The notes under the pieces: generated by a model
Database searches by the model: none
Seen by the model: only the letters and a program-made list of their open reading frames with translations
What the model was told of the DNA's origin: nothing
Shown: positions 34,717-48,900 of the stretch, in pieces
How positions within the stretch are numbered: position 1 is the stretch's first letter
Layout: the number at the start of each line of letters is the position of its first letter
NCBI GenBank assembly: GCA_001643675.2
Contig: LSRY02000011.1
Span: forward strand, 1,849,110 to 1,913,109
Direction: 5' to 3'
Length of the DNA stretch: 64,000 bases
Origin: Monocercomonoides exilis PA203
Lineage: Eukaryota; Protista; Preaxostyla
Position numbers and translations under genes: made by a program

Positions 34717-36910
34717 CCATGGGTGCTTAACCCGCACCCTGGTGCCAAACCCGCACCCTGCAAATTTCTTGAAAATCTAAAAATCATTTTTTTCCTTTCA
34801 AGGAAGTTCATTGATGATGAAATTGCTTGAAACGGGTTTCAAAAAATATTATATTCTATTTTTTTAATCAAAAACTTTCAAAAAGACGAAGTTTTTATAA
34901 TTTTGCTCCGAAAAGAGCATTATCGATATTTACTGAAAAAGAAAAAAAGAAGAGTTCAAAAAATATGTGCATGCTTGTTTGTTAATGTGTTTTCAAATAT
35001 CTTTAAAAGTATTTTTGATTTGATAAATTCTGCAATAAATTTCACATTTTCTTTGTTAGATCGTGCCCATTAAAATGTGAAGAACATATAGAAAGTTCTG
35101 CAGCTTCATCGAAAGGGGTTTGTTGAAGTTATTTCTTATGTTTTTTAATCAAAAATCGTTCTTCTTATTAATGTGCTTTGAAATCATTATTGTTTTGCTT
35201 GTCTATATTGAATTTTATTAGTGATGCATTATGTGCTTTTATTTCATTTTAGTATTTTTATTGAGCTCTGATATTTTTTTGATTCAATTACCGATGTATT
35301 ATTTGTTCAATATTTTATTGATTATATTCGACTGTTTTTTTATTCACATATTTATTGACTCAAGATATATTTATTGATTTTTATTGATGAATCAATTATT
35401 TGTTGATTCTCATCAAAAGTATTAATGCTAAATAAATTGAAGTTTTGCAAGTATCGTTTTCTTGTGTCACTATTTTCAATTCAGTGAGATATAAAAATTT
35501 CTTTTGATTTGAATTTTTTTCTATAAATCTGTTGTTTATTATTATTTTCGTTGTTAACAATAAAAAGGTTGCTATTTATTTATTGTTGAACTTTACAAAT
35601 AGTTTTTTTTTCAAGTTGCACTTTATGTATTTATTCTAACTCATACTTGAAATTGATGTGTTTTCAATAATATTTTAATTTGTTTTCATCATTAAAACAG
35701 CAAAAAACAATTCTTAAACTTTTTTTCACAATTTACTCGTTAATGTGATGTACTGAAATTGAAAAAAATTTGCAATATCCATTTAACACTTCATTGAAAC
35801 AATCAACGTCAAAATTCTATTTAAACATGCTTTTTCATGATTTTTTCATGATCAATACACTTTGATATTTGGCACAATAATTATATTATTTGTTTATTTA
35901 TTACCGATGAGATATTATAGTTCGTTTTTTATTGAAATAGTGAAATTTGAATCAAAAATAAAATTGAAAAGAGTTTAAAAATACAAGCATAATGTACAAA
36001 AAAGAACATATACTATCGATGAAAATACAAATAATCAAGAAAACTGCAACTTTTTAATCATTTATAAGCATTAGTAATAACACAGAAACATATTAAATGA
36101 ATAAAATTGGTTCATTCGGAGATAAAAAATCAAGGTTTTCAAAATCAACATGCTAATATTTGCTCTCTAAATATTATCAATGATCGATCGTTTGAATGTC
36201 ATAAAGATTAAAATGCTGATAACAGCAAACAATAAATACATCAGCAGAATATTGCATTTCCAAATATTATACAAAACAAACTATTATAACAAATAGAATA
36301 AAAATTAAATAACACATAACCATGAAACAACATGTTTTAATCAAATAGAATTATTATCACAGTGATATAATCCTATCAACACAAAATATTTCATATTTAC
36401 TAAATGCAAAAATAGCTCATTAATAAATATATAACTATGAAATTTTCAAAGCACATTAATAAGAAGAACGATTTTTGATTAAAAAACATAAGAAATAACT
36501 TCAACAAACCCCTTTCGATGAAGCTGCAGAACTTTCTATATGTTCTTCACATTTTAATGGGCACGATCTAACAAAGAAAATGTGAAATTTATTGCAGAAT
36601 TTATCAAATCAAAAATACTTTTAAAGATATTTGAAAACACATTAACAAACAAGCATGCACATATTTTTTGAACTCTTCTTTTTTTCTTTTTCAGTAAATA
36701 TCGATAATGCTCTTTTCGGAGCAAAATTATAAAAACTTCGTCTTTTTGAAAGTTTTTGATTAAAAAAATAGAATATAATATTTTTTGAAACCCGTTTCAA
36801 GCAATTTCATCATCAATGAACTTCCTTGAAAGGAAAAAAATGATTTTTAGATTTTCAAGAAATTTGCAGGGTGCGGGTTTGGCACCAGGGTGCGGGTTAA
36901 GCACCCATGG
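34717..36910. mobile_element. Non-autonomous foldback/TIR-type element, 2194 bp, with 467-bp terminal inverted repeats
   Basis: 34717-35183 is the reverse complement of 36444-36910, with termini CCATGGGTGCTTAACCCGCACCCTGG. The subterminal motif AACCCGCACCCTG is duplicated and there is no internal ORF. Confidence 0.8.
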
Positions 36911-37027
36911 CATGATTTTTTAGGATTCATTAACAAATAATAAAAGGAAATTAATAATCGATTAAAAAAAATGAAAAATGATAATTCAAATAATCACCCA
37001 AATAGATTTTGACATTTTTTCTTATCG

Positions 37028-37086
<59 letters not shown>
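37028..37086 (+). repeat. Poly(A) tract, about 59 nt
   Basis: Uninterrupted A run. Confidence 0.95.
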
Positions 37087-37087
<1 letters not shown>

Positions 37088-37762
37088 ACTTAATTTCGTT
37101 CAAAAGAGATAAATGGAATTCAAAAATTATCATTTCATTATTATGCAATACCAGATTACGTTTCAAACAAATGAAACTTCTTCAATTTTTCAATTATTAT
37201 ATTGTAATTTGGGCATAATAGTACAATATAGCATATTGGAAATTTCACTAATAACACTATATTCAGATCATATATGTTGTTTTAAGCATGTGCTGTATAA
37301 TAAAAGTTTGCGGAAATGTGTTATTGATAAAAATTGAAAAATAAATCATTTCTTTTTTTTCATAATTCTAATTTCATTAAAATGATGTATTCCGAAGCAA
37401 TTTTCGCCATCTCCATCTCCTTAACAAACATCTCAATCGTTAAAAACCTTTTTTTATCTTTTGCACAACCGGATCTCGGTTTTATGATTTTTAAAACAAT
37501 TATCATTTTTTGATCTTATCCCATTAATAATGAAAAAAACAAGATTATTCTAATTATTTCGATTTCATGAGAAAACGTTTCCGCACAAAATCATTAGCAT
37601 AAATAACAATAATATAATAAATGAAATCAGGCCAAATAAATTTTATTCTATTTCAGTGAATACCATATAGTATCATTATGCCGTAATTTGTTTTAATCAA
37701 TCTTTAGAAAAAAAGAAGGCTTTATCATTCACATTTAATCTTTAACTGTGCTTATTATTCTG

Positions 37763-39190
37763 TTACAATTCAAAAAATACAAGAAAATCAATTATCCTCT
37801 TTGAAGCAACAAAAAAAGTATTGTTTCTCAACAAATTAAATATACCAATAATGATGTCTCCGCTTCCCTCTTCCTCAAACTTTTCATTTATCTTTCTTTT
37901 GATTGCCATCCGATCAATCTTTTCGCTATCATTAATATCATCATCGTTCAACGTTTCTATAATTCGAAAGACGAAATTCAAACATCTGGTAATATTGTAC
38001 CTGTCAAATAATGGATTAACAATTTCTTCCAAAACCAAATCAATTGATCCGGATTTCAGAAAGTCAGAAATATGGATTTCCTTGCAATCCATCATTGAAA
38101 TAAATATTTCAACACAAATACTTACAAAATTTCTGTGATCATCCTTTGAAGCTCGACACAAGTTCACAATGCAGCGCAACACTTTGTAACATTCTTCATC
38201 CCAAGTTTTATTGGAACTAAAATAACTGCACAGCAAACTGAACCATCTCTTGATAATCATAACTACTTTATTATCTTTTCTACCATTCTTCATTATCTTC
38301 CAATCCACACAATCTGTAAGCTCTTCAAATTCTTTAATTGCTTCATTCAAAAAATTCATTTCATTCATCAATTCATAATTTTGATCTTTTTCATCTCTTA
38401 ATCTATTGAATAAAAACTCCCAACTTAACTGATAAGCCAAATGAGAAAGGTTGCCATGTTGAATATGATGCTTAATTATTTCTGTAATTTCGTTGAAGTA
38501 CAGCTCTTTTTCCAAATGCTTTTGAAATTATGAATAAAAAATATTCTTTTTCAAATAAAAAAAAAAGAAAGAAAAGCATGATTCATACGACATCCTCATA
38601 AATGTTGTTTAGAGCCAGCAAAGCTATCTCCACTTCCTTTTGGGTTTCCTTGGTTTCGTCTTTGTTCAAAGAAGCTTTTAGAAGATACGGAATGCTAATA
38701 CAAACAACTTCTTTTTGTAAGCTTGAAACATTATAAAATCCAAAATTAATAATATAACATTCACAAAGATCAATTAATAGTTTTTCGTCCTTTTCATTTA
38801 TTTTGGAACTTTCTTCTAAAATCATCTTCTCAAAAATTTTAAAAACCAAAGACGATTCAAAACATGGACTCCATTGCCTCAACATCATATTCCAATAGCC
38901 TGTTTGCTTCAGCAGTAAAACAATATTCCTTAGAGTTAATTTTTGATTCACAGTCATATTGCCTATTTCATCGAACAACTCTTTTGTGCAAATTGATTTC
39001 AATTCATTTCTATCCATTTCATCAATGATGCTATTCAACATCCTGATTTTCTGATCCTGCACGTCAGGTGAACAATAGTTAAGTGAATTAAATTCCTCTT
39101 CAGATTAGAAGAAAGAAATGAATATACTACTCATATTGTGATATTAACAAACAAACCTGTAAACCTTTCGATTTTTTGGATCTACAACAT
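37763..39190 (-). CDS. Member of a lineage-specific repeated alpha-helical protein family (uncharacterised); 5' end unclear
   Basis: Two ORFs (159 and 250 aa) join in frame across an intron (DV/HLEKELY). Shares motifs with 45228-46717 (EKLLIDLCECY, PYLLKAS, ETQKEVEIALLAL, LAYQLSW). No in-frame ATG was found in the putative first exon. Confidence 0.65.
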
Positions 39191-42100
39191 TTTAAGAAAA
39201 TATCACAATTATCAAACATAAAATATATTCAAACACAGTCAGATCTTGAAGTCATTAAATTTTTAATTCGCAATTTTTCAACGAAAAACAAATATCAATC
39301 AATCAATAATGAAAATAATGGGCATTGAAATTAGTGAGAAGGAAAATGAATATTTGGAAAAGTTTAAGAAATGAACCGTTGAAAAGTGAATATGGTGTTC
39401 GTTGGATACAAATATTACCTTAATGACATTTGAAAAATCAATCTGTTGGAAAAACTGATAGAAAAAAGTTTTTTGGATGAATAAACAAATTGCGAAAAAT
39501 TTTCATTTCCTACATGAATGATAAAATTTCAAACTCTTATTTTTTTTACCGCTTTTCATTCTCTTCTTTGGTTTATCATGTTCTTTTTTAAAAATACTAT
39601 TCTGAATTTGATTTCATTCTTTCAACTTCAATCTTTCCTTTTCTCTTCAAAAAACTCTTTTTCTTTTTCTTTTTCTTTCTTTTCTTTCTTTTCTTTTTCT
39701 TTTCTTTTTTCTTTTCTTTTTTGATTCAATTCGTTCATTTGCTTTCCTTTTCCCGAATCCATTTTCATTGTTCATTTAATTACCAAGCTTGTTTACAGAA
39801 TGCGACAAAGAATTTTTTCATTTGACTCAAGAGTGCCTTTTTGACCTAAAAAGATGAAAACGTTGGAAGAAAAAGGTTTCATTTACATATTGTTCATTTG
39901 AATATGTTTTCCTGTTTGACATTTGCAAAAGAAGAAGAACAAAAAATGCGAATGAAGCATATCGTTTGAAGTGATTTCGAGTATTTGCATTACTGTTTCT
40001 GAATGATTCCACTTGTTGTTTAGACCGATAAGAAGGAACATAAGTTAATTAAACGCTAAGCATTCAAAGAGGAAATTTCTGTTTTCAAACAAAGGTGACT
40101 ATCAGTGATGCAGAAGCGCTAAAGAAAAACAGTTTCTCACTTTTGAGTGGAGAACCGAGAAAGAATATTATCTGAATGAGATAAAGTGTTAAAATCAAAC
40201 ATCATCATGTGAATCACAACTCAACACAATTTGAAAATCAATCAGTTTTGCAATTAATTACATAAAGGTTATTCAAGATTAAAAAATTCAAAGAATTTGA
40301 AACGAAAAAGATGCAATTTGCAAATCCAATTCATATTAATTGATAGAGTCTCATGATGCGTTAATTGAAAAAGAAAAAAAGATAAAATTGAGATTGTGAA
40401 TGAATCCCCATAACTTGATATTTTCAACAAACAAATGATTTTAATTTTTAACAAAAAATAAACAACAAATTATTCGATAGAACCGTTGATGGCATTGAAG
40501 TCGTTGATGCGAGGTGATGATCTGAGCACTTGAATAAAAGATACAGTCTTCAAATATTAAAGAAAAGCTTCAATAAACAAAGAAGCACAAAAGAAGAGGT
40601 TCAAACAACTGACAAACCTTCAATTTTCGTTCACTCAGACGCAAAAATGTGACAAATGGTTATATGGGAAATCCAACTTTTCCATGAAAGCTCAGAGGAT
40701 GCATCCTATTATCTCGAAAAGTTGAAAGAACCAAAAAATCAAAAAAACAGAAAGGAAAGTCTATTTTATCTGGGAACTTCGATTTCTTTTCAATTGTGCT
40801 CCACACATCCGCAACTTGTGAACGTCATTTTTATGCTGAACAGAAAGATAAAAATATTTCACACAAAATATTGATCTCCGAATGCAAAACGATTTATGAA
40901 ATGGAAAGTTTAAAGTTCGAACGAAGAACAGAAGAGAGAATTGTGACTGTTTGTTTGCTTTTGGGTTTGTATTTATAAGTGTGAAATCTTTTTGATGACA
41001 AGCTTCTCATATTTAACAAATGGAAATGAGAAAGGAACGCTGCTGTATGTTGCAATCATAGAATTGTCAATCATTTTCAATAGATATGACTTATGATATT
41101 TTGCTTCTATTTTTTCTATATTGTTTTTCAAATAATGTTGAAATTTTGTACAAATTATTCGCTAATTCAACTTTTTTCTCATTTTTTCTTATCCACGATT
41201 CATTATAGCTGATTTGTGTGAAGAAAATGCGATTCTGCATGCTGCAATCAATGCTGATAAAGAGATGTTATGTGTGATGGTACAAAATTTGAAGGGAACT
41301 CATGATGAAATGGGATTAAAAGATGAGTTAAATACATTTCCATGTGTAGCTTGTTTCTTCTAGACGATGTAACAGATCCTGAACAATCTGCGAAATGTGT
41401 GCGTTAAAAAACATTTTTTCCATTTCGCATCGCAAAAGCGTGAGGCTATTGAATGCCAATACAAAAGGATGCTTCTTTTCCTGAAAATAAAAGCATGCGG
41501 CATTTGTTTCGAAGGATGGCAAAGTAGAAAAAAATATTCGTGCATAATATTGTGAAGCATATTCAGTTGTTTCTGAAAATGTAATTGATTTAGCTCAGAG
41601 ACTGGTATCGTTCGAGTTTGTTCTTGCATTCCTCCCAACTTCTTTTCTCATTGTGAGTGCAGTTATCATCATTCCACTGCTTTTTGTTGTTTGGATATTG
41701 GATGTTCGAAATGATAGATTATTTGTCTGTTTTGATTTTTGTTTGTTCATTCCTCCATTTATTCATCTCTTTTAATGTTCTTTGTTTTGGAGCTGGAAAT
41801 GTACATCACTTATATGCAAAGTTAGACAAAGAGCTATTTGAACCTGAAAAGCACACAATGAAGAGTTATAACGAAGAACATCAAGGGATTTGAACTGCGA
41901 AGCACATTGACAAAAAAATGTGTTCAAGATAAAGATAAACAATATATTGAAGAAGAGAGAGATACAGAACAGTCAACGACAAGAAGATGAACGAGACGAA
42001 AGTGGTCGTGAAATTCATGCTAAAGAAGGTTAATCTTGCTTTGATGAATATGAACTTTAAAGAAAATCCATTATAGTGGAATCATTTTCTGCAACTGAAG

Positions 42101-45100
42101 TGGGAAATGAGCAATTTCATCTTTGATAGTGCTGCAGAATAGATTCTATCCATTGTGTTCGAAGAAGTCAGGAAAGACAAAGTATCCATTTTGTGTATTC
42201 TGAAATTTTTGTTTCATCAATTGCTGAAGGCAAAGGAGAGCAAACATCTTGGCTGTGTATGTGGCCCTCTAACGATTGAGAAATGAACTTTCAGATTTGG
42301 GAAAACAGAGGAAACCATGTTTTTAATGTAGAAAAAATGGAACTTTAAAAGAAGATAACTTTGAAGAAGAGGAATATACTCTGACAACTACAGAAAGAAA
42401 TGTTGAATGAATTTTATGTAATAATTGAGTCGATATTTCCATTGTCTTTGTGCATTTCAGATGACATACAACTTTCTTCTCTCATACGAATTAACTATAT
42501 TGAAGAATGGAAAAACGCGCTTAATAATGATGGAGAGAATGATGATGCAGCGAAGATGCAGCGATAAACTGTTCGAATTCACTTAGACCAGTATCGGTTC
42601 TTCAAAGATGGTTCGATTTTGGTCATGTTCGGTTTTCTGCTTCTGCTTTCACAGAAATGACTGTTGTTTCTTTTTTTTAAAATTTCAGATTATTCTTTTG
42701 CAATGACAAAGATCATTGTTGATGCTTATCCAACTGGTGAGATAGCATCAAAATTCACCAAAATATCAATCGCAAGATCACTTCTATCAACAAAATCAAC
42801 AGACGTTTCAAACAAGCATGATACCCTTGCATTAAATAAAAATGGATTTTGACCTTTAAAGATTTCGTGCAGCAGCTAAACTAACTCTTTCTCTTATCTA
42901 TATTTTATATGATCGCATCTAAGCCCATTCTCCTCCACTCTATTTATCGTCCTTTCCAGTTTTTCAAACGTTTATTCACCCTCCATCTGAAATACCTTCA
43001 AGTTTCAACAGAAATGCAACTGCTGGATGCAAAAGTGCTGAAATAAGAGATATTGTTGGTAGTTGAAGGAGATGTGGGATCAAGGAAGTTGTTGCTAATA
43101 GCAGCGACTATTAGTGATGAAGAGAAGATGAGCAGTGAAGTACAAGTCTGATAAAAAAGACTCGAACCGGACACAAATAATAAAGACCAGCAATTGCACA
43201 ACAGGAGAAAAGGCAACAATTTGTGTGGTTAATGCAAGAGTAATTATAAAATGTGATTAGGATGCGTGAACAATAGAGTTTCCAGAAACCTCTTAAAGAA
43301 TGTGACAAGAAAGTAATTTGGATTAAAGCGTTGTCTGCATTATGAGCAGAAGGTGTGCATCCAGTGGTTGTTTGCTGTTCACTACAATCAGGATTAAAGC
43401 ATTATGGTTTCAATTCAATAAGTTGGAAACTTTTGTGTGGTAGCATCCGTTGACAAAAACTTCGTGGAAAAATGAAGGGCTGAAGGGAAAATTTGCATCT
43501 GGCGATAAGCTTGTTGCAGCTTCTGAACAAGAGCACAGTCACATCCTGTTGCACAGGAGAAGGACAGCATCTCCTTCTCCAATGCAGGAACTGAAAAAGA
43601 AAAAGATCTTCTTTGGCAGGAACATCTTCCGGTCCACGCACAGCGACGATGATGAAGATGAAAAGAGGATGGACGGACAAATCCTTCATGGCAATCATCA
43701 TCGCATTAACAATTATATGTTTGGGAAGATTACAACAAATGTGAAGATGAAGAGAGTTGAAATAGAGCAGAGAAAGACATGCGGTCGTATCAAATCGGAA
43801 TGAAAGAAGGAAAGTTTGGAGAGGAAGATTTTTGGCTAATTTCATAATTTATCTCAGCACTTCTTGTTTCAAACCCTTCGAAAAAAAATAATTCAGTTTT
43901 TGGTTCTTCGATGTTCGTTAATGAGATGAGTTATATTTAAGAAGATCAAACAAGCTCATCCACAACGAATTTCTTCAGTACGCAATGAAATGTGCTAGCC
44001 CACTCTTCGAGATGATACTGATAAAATGGTTCATGAACCAGTTAACAAAGAGCTTGCCACAGGAGATGGCTGCTTCTGTGACAGTTGTAACTGTGATTTC
44101 AGAGGTACTTGAGCTTACAGAATATATCTTGATTTGCCATGTGAATATTAAGTTCTTCCAAGAAATTTGATAATCAGAGCTTCTCGTGTTCAACTTCATC
44201 CTGGAAGGGTTCTCTAGGATATTTAAAATCCATCTGTAGAAGCTGCGTCTCAAAGAGCATCAAGGTGATTGCAACCAAATTCTTCAAAGAAACAACTTCA
44301 AGGAAAGTGTCATTCTTTTTGAAAAATTTGAAAGAATAATGACAAACTTGCAAATATCTTGCATATCTCATTGTCTAATTCTCTTCGCAATATTCCTAAT
44401 CAAATATTCATTCTCTGGATAGCAATTGGAAATAACAATAAAAATCAACCAAAATAGTCCAGAAATGTGTTCACTCTTGTTGTTGAAATAGTTTTGCAAA
44501 GTTTTGAATTGTGAAACTTTTTTGTTGGATATAATCTTTAAAGATTTTCTGTTTATCATCTTTTTTTGACTCGATGATCGGTTTTTGCATCTCCAGCATT
44601 AAAACTGCTCTTTTTCCTTTCATTAATTATTGTTCTTTTTCATATTTTATAATTTGTCAATGTTTTTACACAGCAAGTTTTGAGTGTTTTTTGATTTTCA
44701 ATTCATTCATCTTTAACAAATCCACAACATTTTTTGAAGCCAATGAAAGAAACATTAATTTACAAAGCATTCCAACTCAACTAATTTCTTTTGTTCTTGA
44801 CTTCAGTCTTCATCACCTTCAATTTGTCCGATCAATTCTTTCTCTTCAAAGATTTGGCAGTCTTCTTGTTTTCCGCTTGTGTTCTATCAATTTCGTTTCA
44901 ATATCATAAATCAATTCAACTCTGAAGAGAAGAAAAAAATTTCAAGATTGATTTTGAACTGAAAAATTGAAAAATGTGATTATGAAAATTTTCTGTTGGT
45001 TTGATCGAAAAGAAATTAAACATATTCTCTTCTGGCCTTTCATTGAAGATACCGGTATTATTGTTGCGATTTCTTTTGCACCTCTTTTTCTTGAGCAAAA

Positions 45101-45227
45101 ACAAAATAGTTTGTGTTGTGATTATTTTAATTTTGCGAGATAATCAACGATGTTTGCATCAATCGATTATTTTGTTTGCTGGTTGAATTCATCGCTTTTA
45201 ATGTGGCCAGAATAAATAATGAACACA

Positions 45228-46717
45228 ATGAGTGAAGTTATCCATGTTGAGGAGGAAGAAGAAGATGATAATGATGAAAGTGACGAGAAAGTTTAAAAAT
45301 CAGTTCTTACAGACAATTTCACAAGTTTGCTTTTTTTTTTTCATCTAGAAAAATTTTTCAAAGCTTTAAATAATGTTATAATTTATGAAGAATTGCTTGG
45401 TGAACTTGAGCATTGCAATGAGGATGCGCAAAAAGAGAAAATACTTGAAATGAATGAAATGATTAAAGAAATGGATATAGAAGAATTTAATTATGTTATT
45501 ACAAAAGAACTGTACAATAAAATCGATAAAATGATTGAAGAAAAGAACCTGCCAATGGAAAATGCAATTTTGCTGTTGAAGCATGCTGGATATTTGAAGA
45601 TTCTGAAAAACATTTGGATCTTTGATTTTAGAAATTCTTCGTTGAACAAAAGAATTGAGAAGATGATTGTCGAAGAAAATCAAAAGAAAAAAGAGGAAAA
45701 GAATGAAAAGTTCTTGGTCGATCTTTGCGAATGCTACATTTCTCTAAGAACTGGTTTCCCACCCGAATTACTTTTAATTTGTGTACCTTGCCTTTTGAAG
45801 GCTGCGTCGGACAAAGAAGAAACCGAGGAAGTTCAAAAAGATGTGGAAATGGCTTTATTTGCTTTGTGTTTCATTGAAGAAAATAAAGTTTGAGCATTTA
45901 TATTTCCTTTTTCATGTTGTTGTTATTTTTCTTGTTTCTTATAAGATTTTTGAACAAAAACAATATTTGAAGGAAATGTAAAAAATTATCAAAAATCAAC
46001 AAAAGCATCACAATCTGATGCGGCTTACCTATCAATCCGCTTGGATGCGTTTGATAAACAAATTTTTCTGGGACAAAAGCGTGGAAGATATGATTGTGAA
46101 TGAACTGCATTTTCTGAGAGAAGTTGAAAGAGAACTAGAAGAGTTGACAAGAAGAGTTGATTGGAAGAAGAAAGAAGAGGAAATGAGCAGAAGAATCGAA
46201 AAAAGTAATGACAATCAGGAGATGGCTGAGCACAATCAAGTTTTTCTTATCCTTGTGCCAATTGAGGAATGAAGAATTTGTTGAGCTAATCGGTGGAATT
46301 GTTAAAGTATTTCGAGCTGCAAAAGATAATCAAAGAGAAATTCACAGTAAATGCATTTATTCATTTAGAGAAGCAGCAGCAGTAAAAGCTGTTGAAGTAG
46401 AAGACTTGTTGAAAGGAGGAGCAGTTTATGCTGTTTTGGAGGAGATGCAGCGTCCAACGTTGAATAAAGTCATGACAAATGAATGCTTACAATTCTTTAT
46501 GAATGTTTCAAAGAAATTGAAAGAAGAGGATGACGATGAAAAGGAAGAAGTTAAAAGAAAGGCAACAAAAAGGAAGCCGCTTGAAAAGATGGAAGAAGAA
46601 GGATACGAAGATAGAATCACAAGCTTTAGTGAATTATTTGATTTTCTAGGCAGAAAATATTTTAGTTGTCTATCGTTGAATATTTCTAAATATTTTGTTT
46701 ATTTTAAAGAAAATTAG
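45228..46717 (+). pseudogene. Disrupted paralog of the same repeated family
   Basis: Motifs EKFLVDLCECY, PCLLKAAS, EVQKDVEMALFAL, LTYQSAW and EKMEEEGYED. There is an in-frame TAA near 45980 and a frameshift between ORFs 46018 and 46208. Confidence 0.75.
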
Positions 46718-46728
46718 GTTAGGGTTAG
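46714..46728 (+). repeat. Interstitial telomeric repeat TTAGGTTAGGGTTAG
   Basis: About 2.5 telomeric units in the same orientation as the terminal array. Confidence 0.75.
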
Positions 46729-48529
46729 TAATCCGGCGGAATTTTCACATAAAACCCTGAAAAGAAACTGACAAAGATAATTCAAAACAAAAACAGACAA
46801 AATATGTCCTTTATTTTTTGTATTTCAATTTTCATTAATCAATTATTGAATTTATTCCGTTGCCATTTATGAAAGATGAATGAATAAAAAGATATTTCGA
46901 ATTATATATATATGGATCATTCAATCTTTAAGAAGTTTCAAAACATGAATAATTATAATAATTTAAATGGTAATTTTCATATTTTCAGTCGAAAAAAAAT
47001 TTGAAAATCTGTGAAATTTTTTTTATAAAAAGTTACTATCGATCGAAAATTTTTCACATGAATAGCTTATGATAAACACTATGTTTCCTTAATATTGGAG
47101 ATAAATTCAACATTTCACAATTACATTTGTTGGTTAATTACAAACTTTTTCTTTCGATAAAAAACTTTTTGGATTAAAATATTATATATCCAAGATTTTT
47201 GATCAAAATAAAAAATTTCAATACTTGTATATGAAAAGGGTATTTTAGAATGGACTATTTTGCAATTGTTTGTTCATGAAATTTACATGGTTTGTTTCGA
47301 TTCTTTTTCATAAAAATTTTGAGATTCAATAACAATTCAGATTCTCATTTGAGCAGAATTTCTCGCATCGCAGAATACACATGGAATTTTTATAAATACA
47401 AAGATTTCCTTTGCTTATCTGATTAAAATAAAAATAATGCAATTCAGGGGGTTTTCATCTTTCTTTAATATGAACTTGAAATTATTCTATTACAATTAAA
47501 ATTTTCTTTTATTCGCTTGACAAATTTGCAGCAGATGACAGAGAGACTAATGTGAAAGAACCAGCGATGTGGTGCAGCGCAACAGATACGTCTTTTGGAG
47601 AAGAAGATCTTTTTTTGAGGATTATGAGATACCGGAACTATGCAATATTTGTTTCTCCAGCAACAGGCAACCGCAGAGATGGAAAGTGATGTGGAGAGTT
47701 CATTTTGCCTTGTGTATCATTGGATGTGGGAGTGCAACACATCATTCCATTTCACTTTTCGCGGCTGTTAATCTCAGATGAAACAATCAACAATGGAAAA
47801 ATCAGTGCTGTGAGTGTGATCATTCGCTGACAAAAAATCTCTTTCAGCTGCTTTGGTGAACAAGAACTCAACAATAAATTTCTATGAGGGCAGTCTTATC
47901 AGAACTTCGGGGAACGTGAGGATTGAATGATAGAAATTCAACATTGGGGAATTGTTTTCGTTTTCATGCAATTCTATAAGTCATAAGGCAAATAGAGAAA
48001 ATTTTTACTCATTTGTCCAGTTTTCTTCAGTTAGGATATTTGAAAACAATGAATCAGTTCTCAATTTCAACATTTTTGAGCATTAAAAAATGAATTCTTC
48101 ATGTTGATTGCTGCTCAATTGCAAAGCTTTCATTCAAGAAGTCTTCATTTTTGCTGAATAGAGATGAGATCAATAAAACGAATGTTTAATTGAAACAAAT
48201 TGAAGAGACAGAAAATGTGTTTGATATATGCATTTGTTAAAAAAGTTGCATAACATTTGATTGTCACTAGAGGAGTAAAGCTGACTGAAGGCCGCATTTT
48301 TCTAATTGGAGATCCAACTTCGAAAACAATTTCTATTGGAAACTTTTCAGACAATAACTGCTCAATAAAAATAAAAAGAGCCTCTTCTATTATTGCTTAT
48401 CCCCCTCCTTCTTTTTCACATTCGCCTTTCTCAATATTTTCAACTTTATTTCGGTTGTTTTGTAATGAAATATGAAAAAAGATAAATGTTGCATTTACAG
48501 TGGAAATTGCTTTTTTGTTTCTGTTAAAA

Positions 48530-48900
48530 ACTTTGTGAAAAAAACTGAACACGACGAGAAACAGAAGAAAGAAGAGGAAGAAGATGAAGAAATAAAAAGA
48601 GAAGAAATGAAGAAAGAAATTGAAGAAAGAAAAATAAATAAATAAATTAATATTTGGAAAGCAAACGAAAGAAAAAGAGAAAGAAATGATTGAAAGAGAG
48701 AAAGAAAGAGAAAAAGATGAGAAGAAGAAATGAGAAGAAGAAAATAAAAAGAAAGAGAAGAAGAAAAGAAGAAAATGATGGAAGAGAAAGAAGAAGAAAT
48801 TAAAAGAAGAAAAGGAAGAAAAAGAAGAAGAAATGAAAAAGAAGAAGAAAGAAATTGAAAAATTAGAGAAGAAAGAGAATGAGCGAGAAGAAGATGATTC
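48530..48900 (+). repeat. Purine-rich (GAA/AAA) low-complexity tract, probably decayed E/K-rich coding sequence
   Basis: Almost entirely A/G, with stops in the + frames. Confidence 0.6.

Noticed and set aside
34443-34830. Two ORFs on opposite strands with identical N-termini (MIKLFVSMEF..)
   Set aside because: Artefact of the DNA palindrome.
39800-45200. Fragmentary ORFs possibly from a retroelement or kinase-like gene
   Set aside because: No RT, integrase or kinase motif could be identified; left unannotated.
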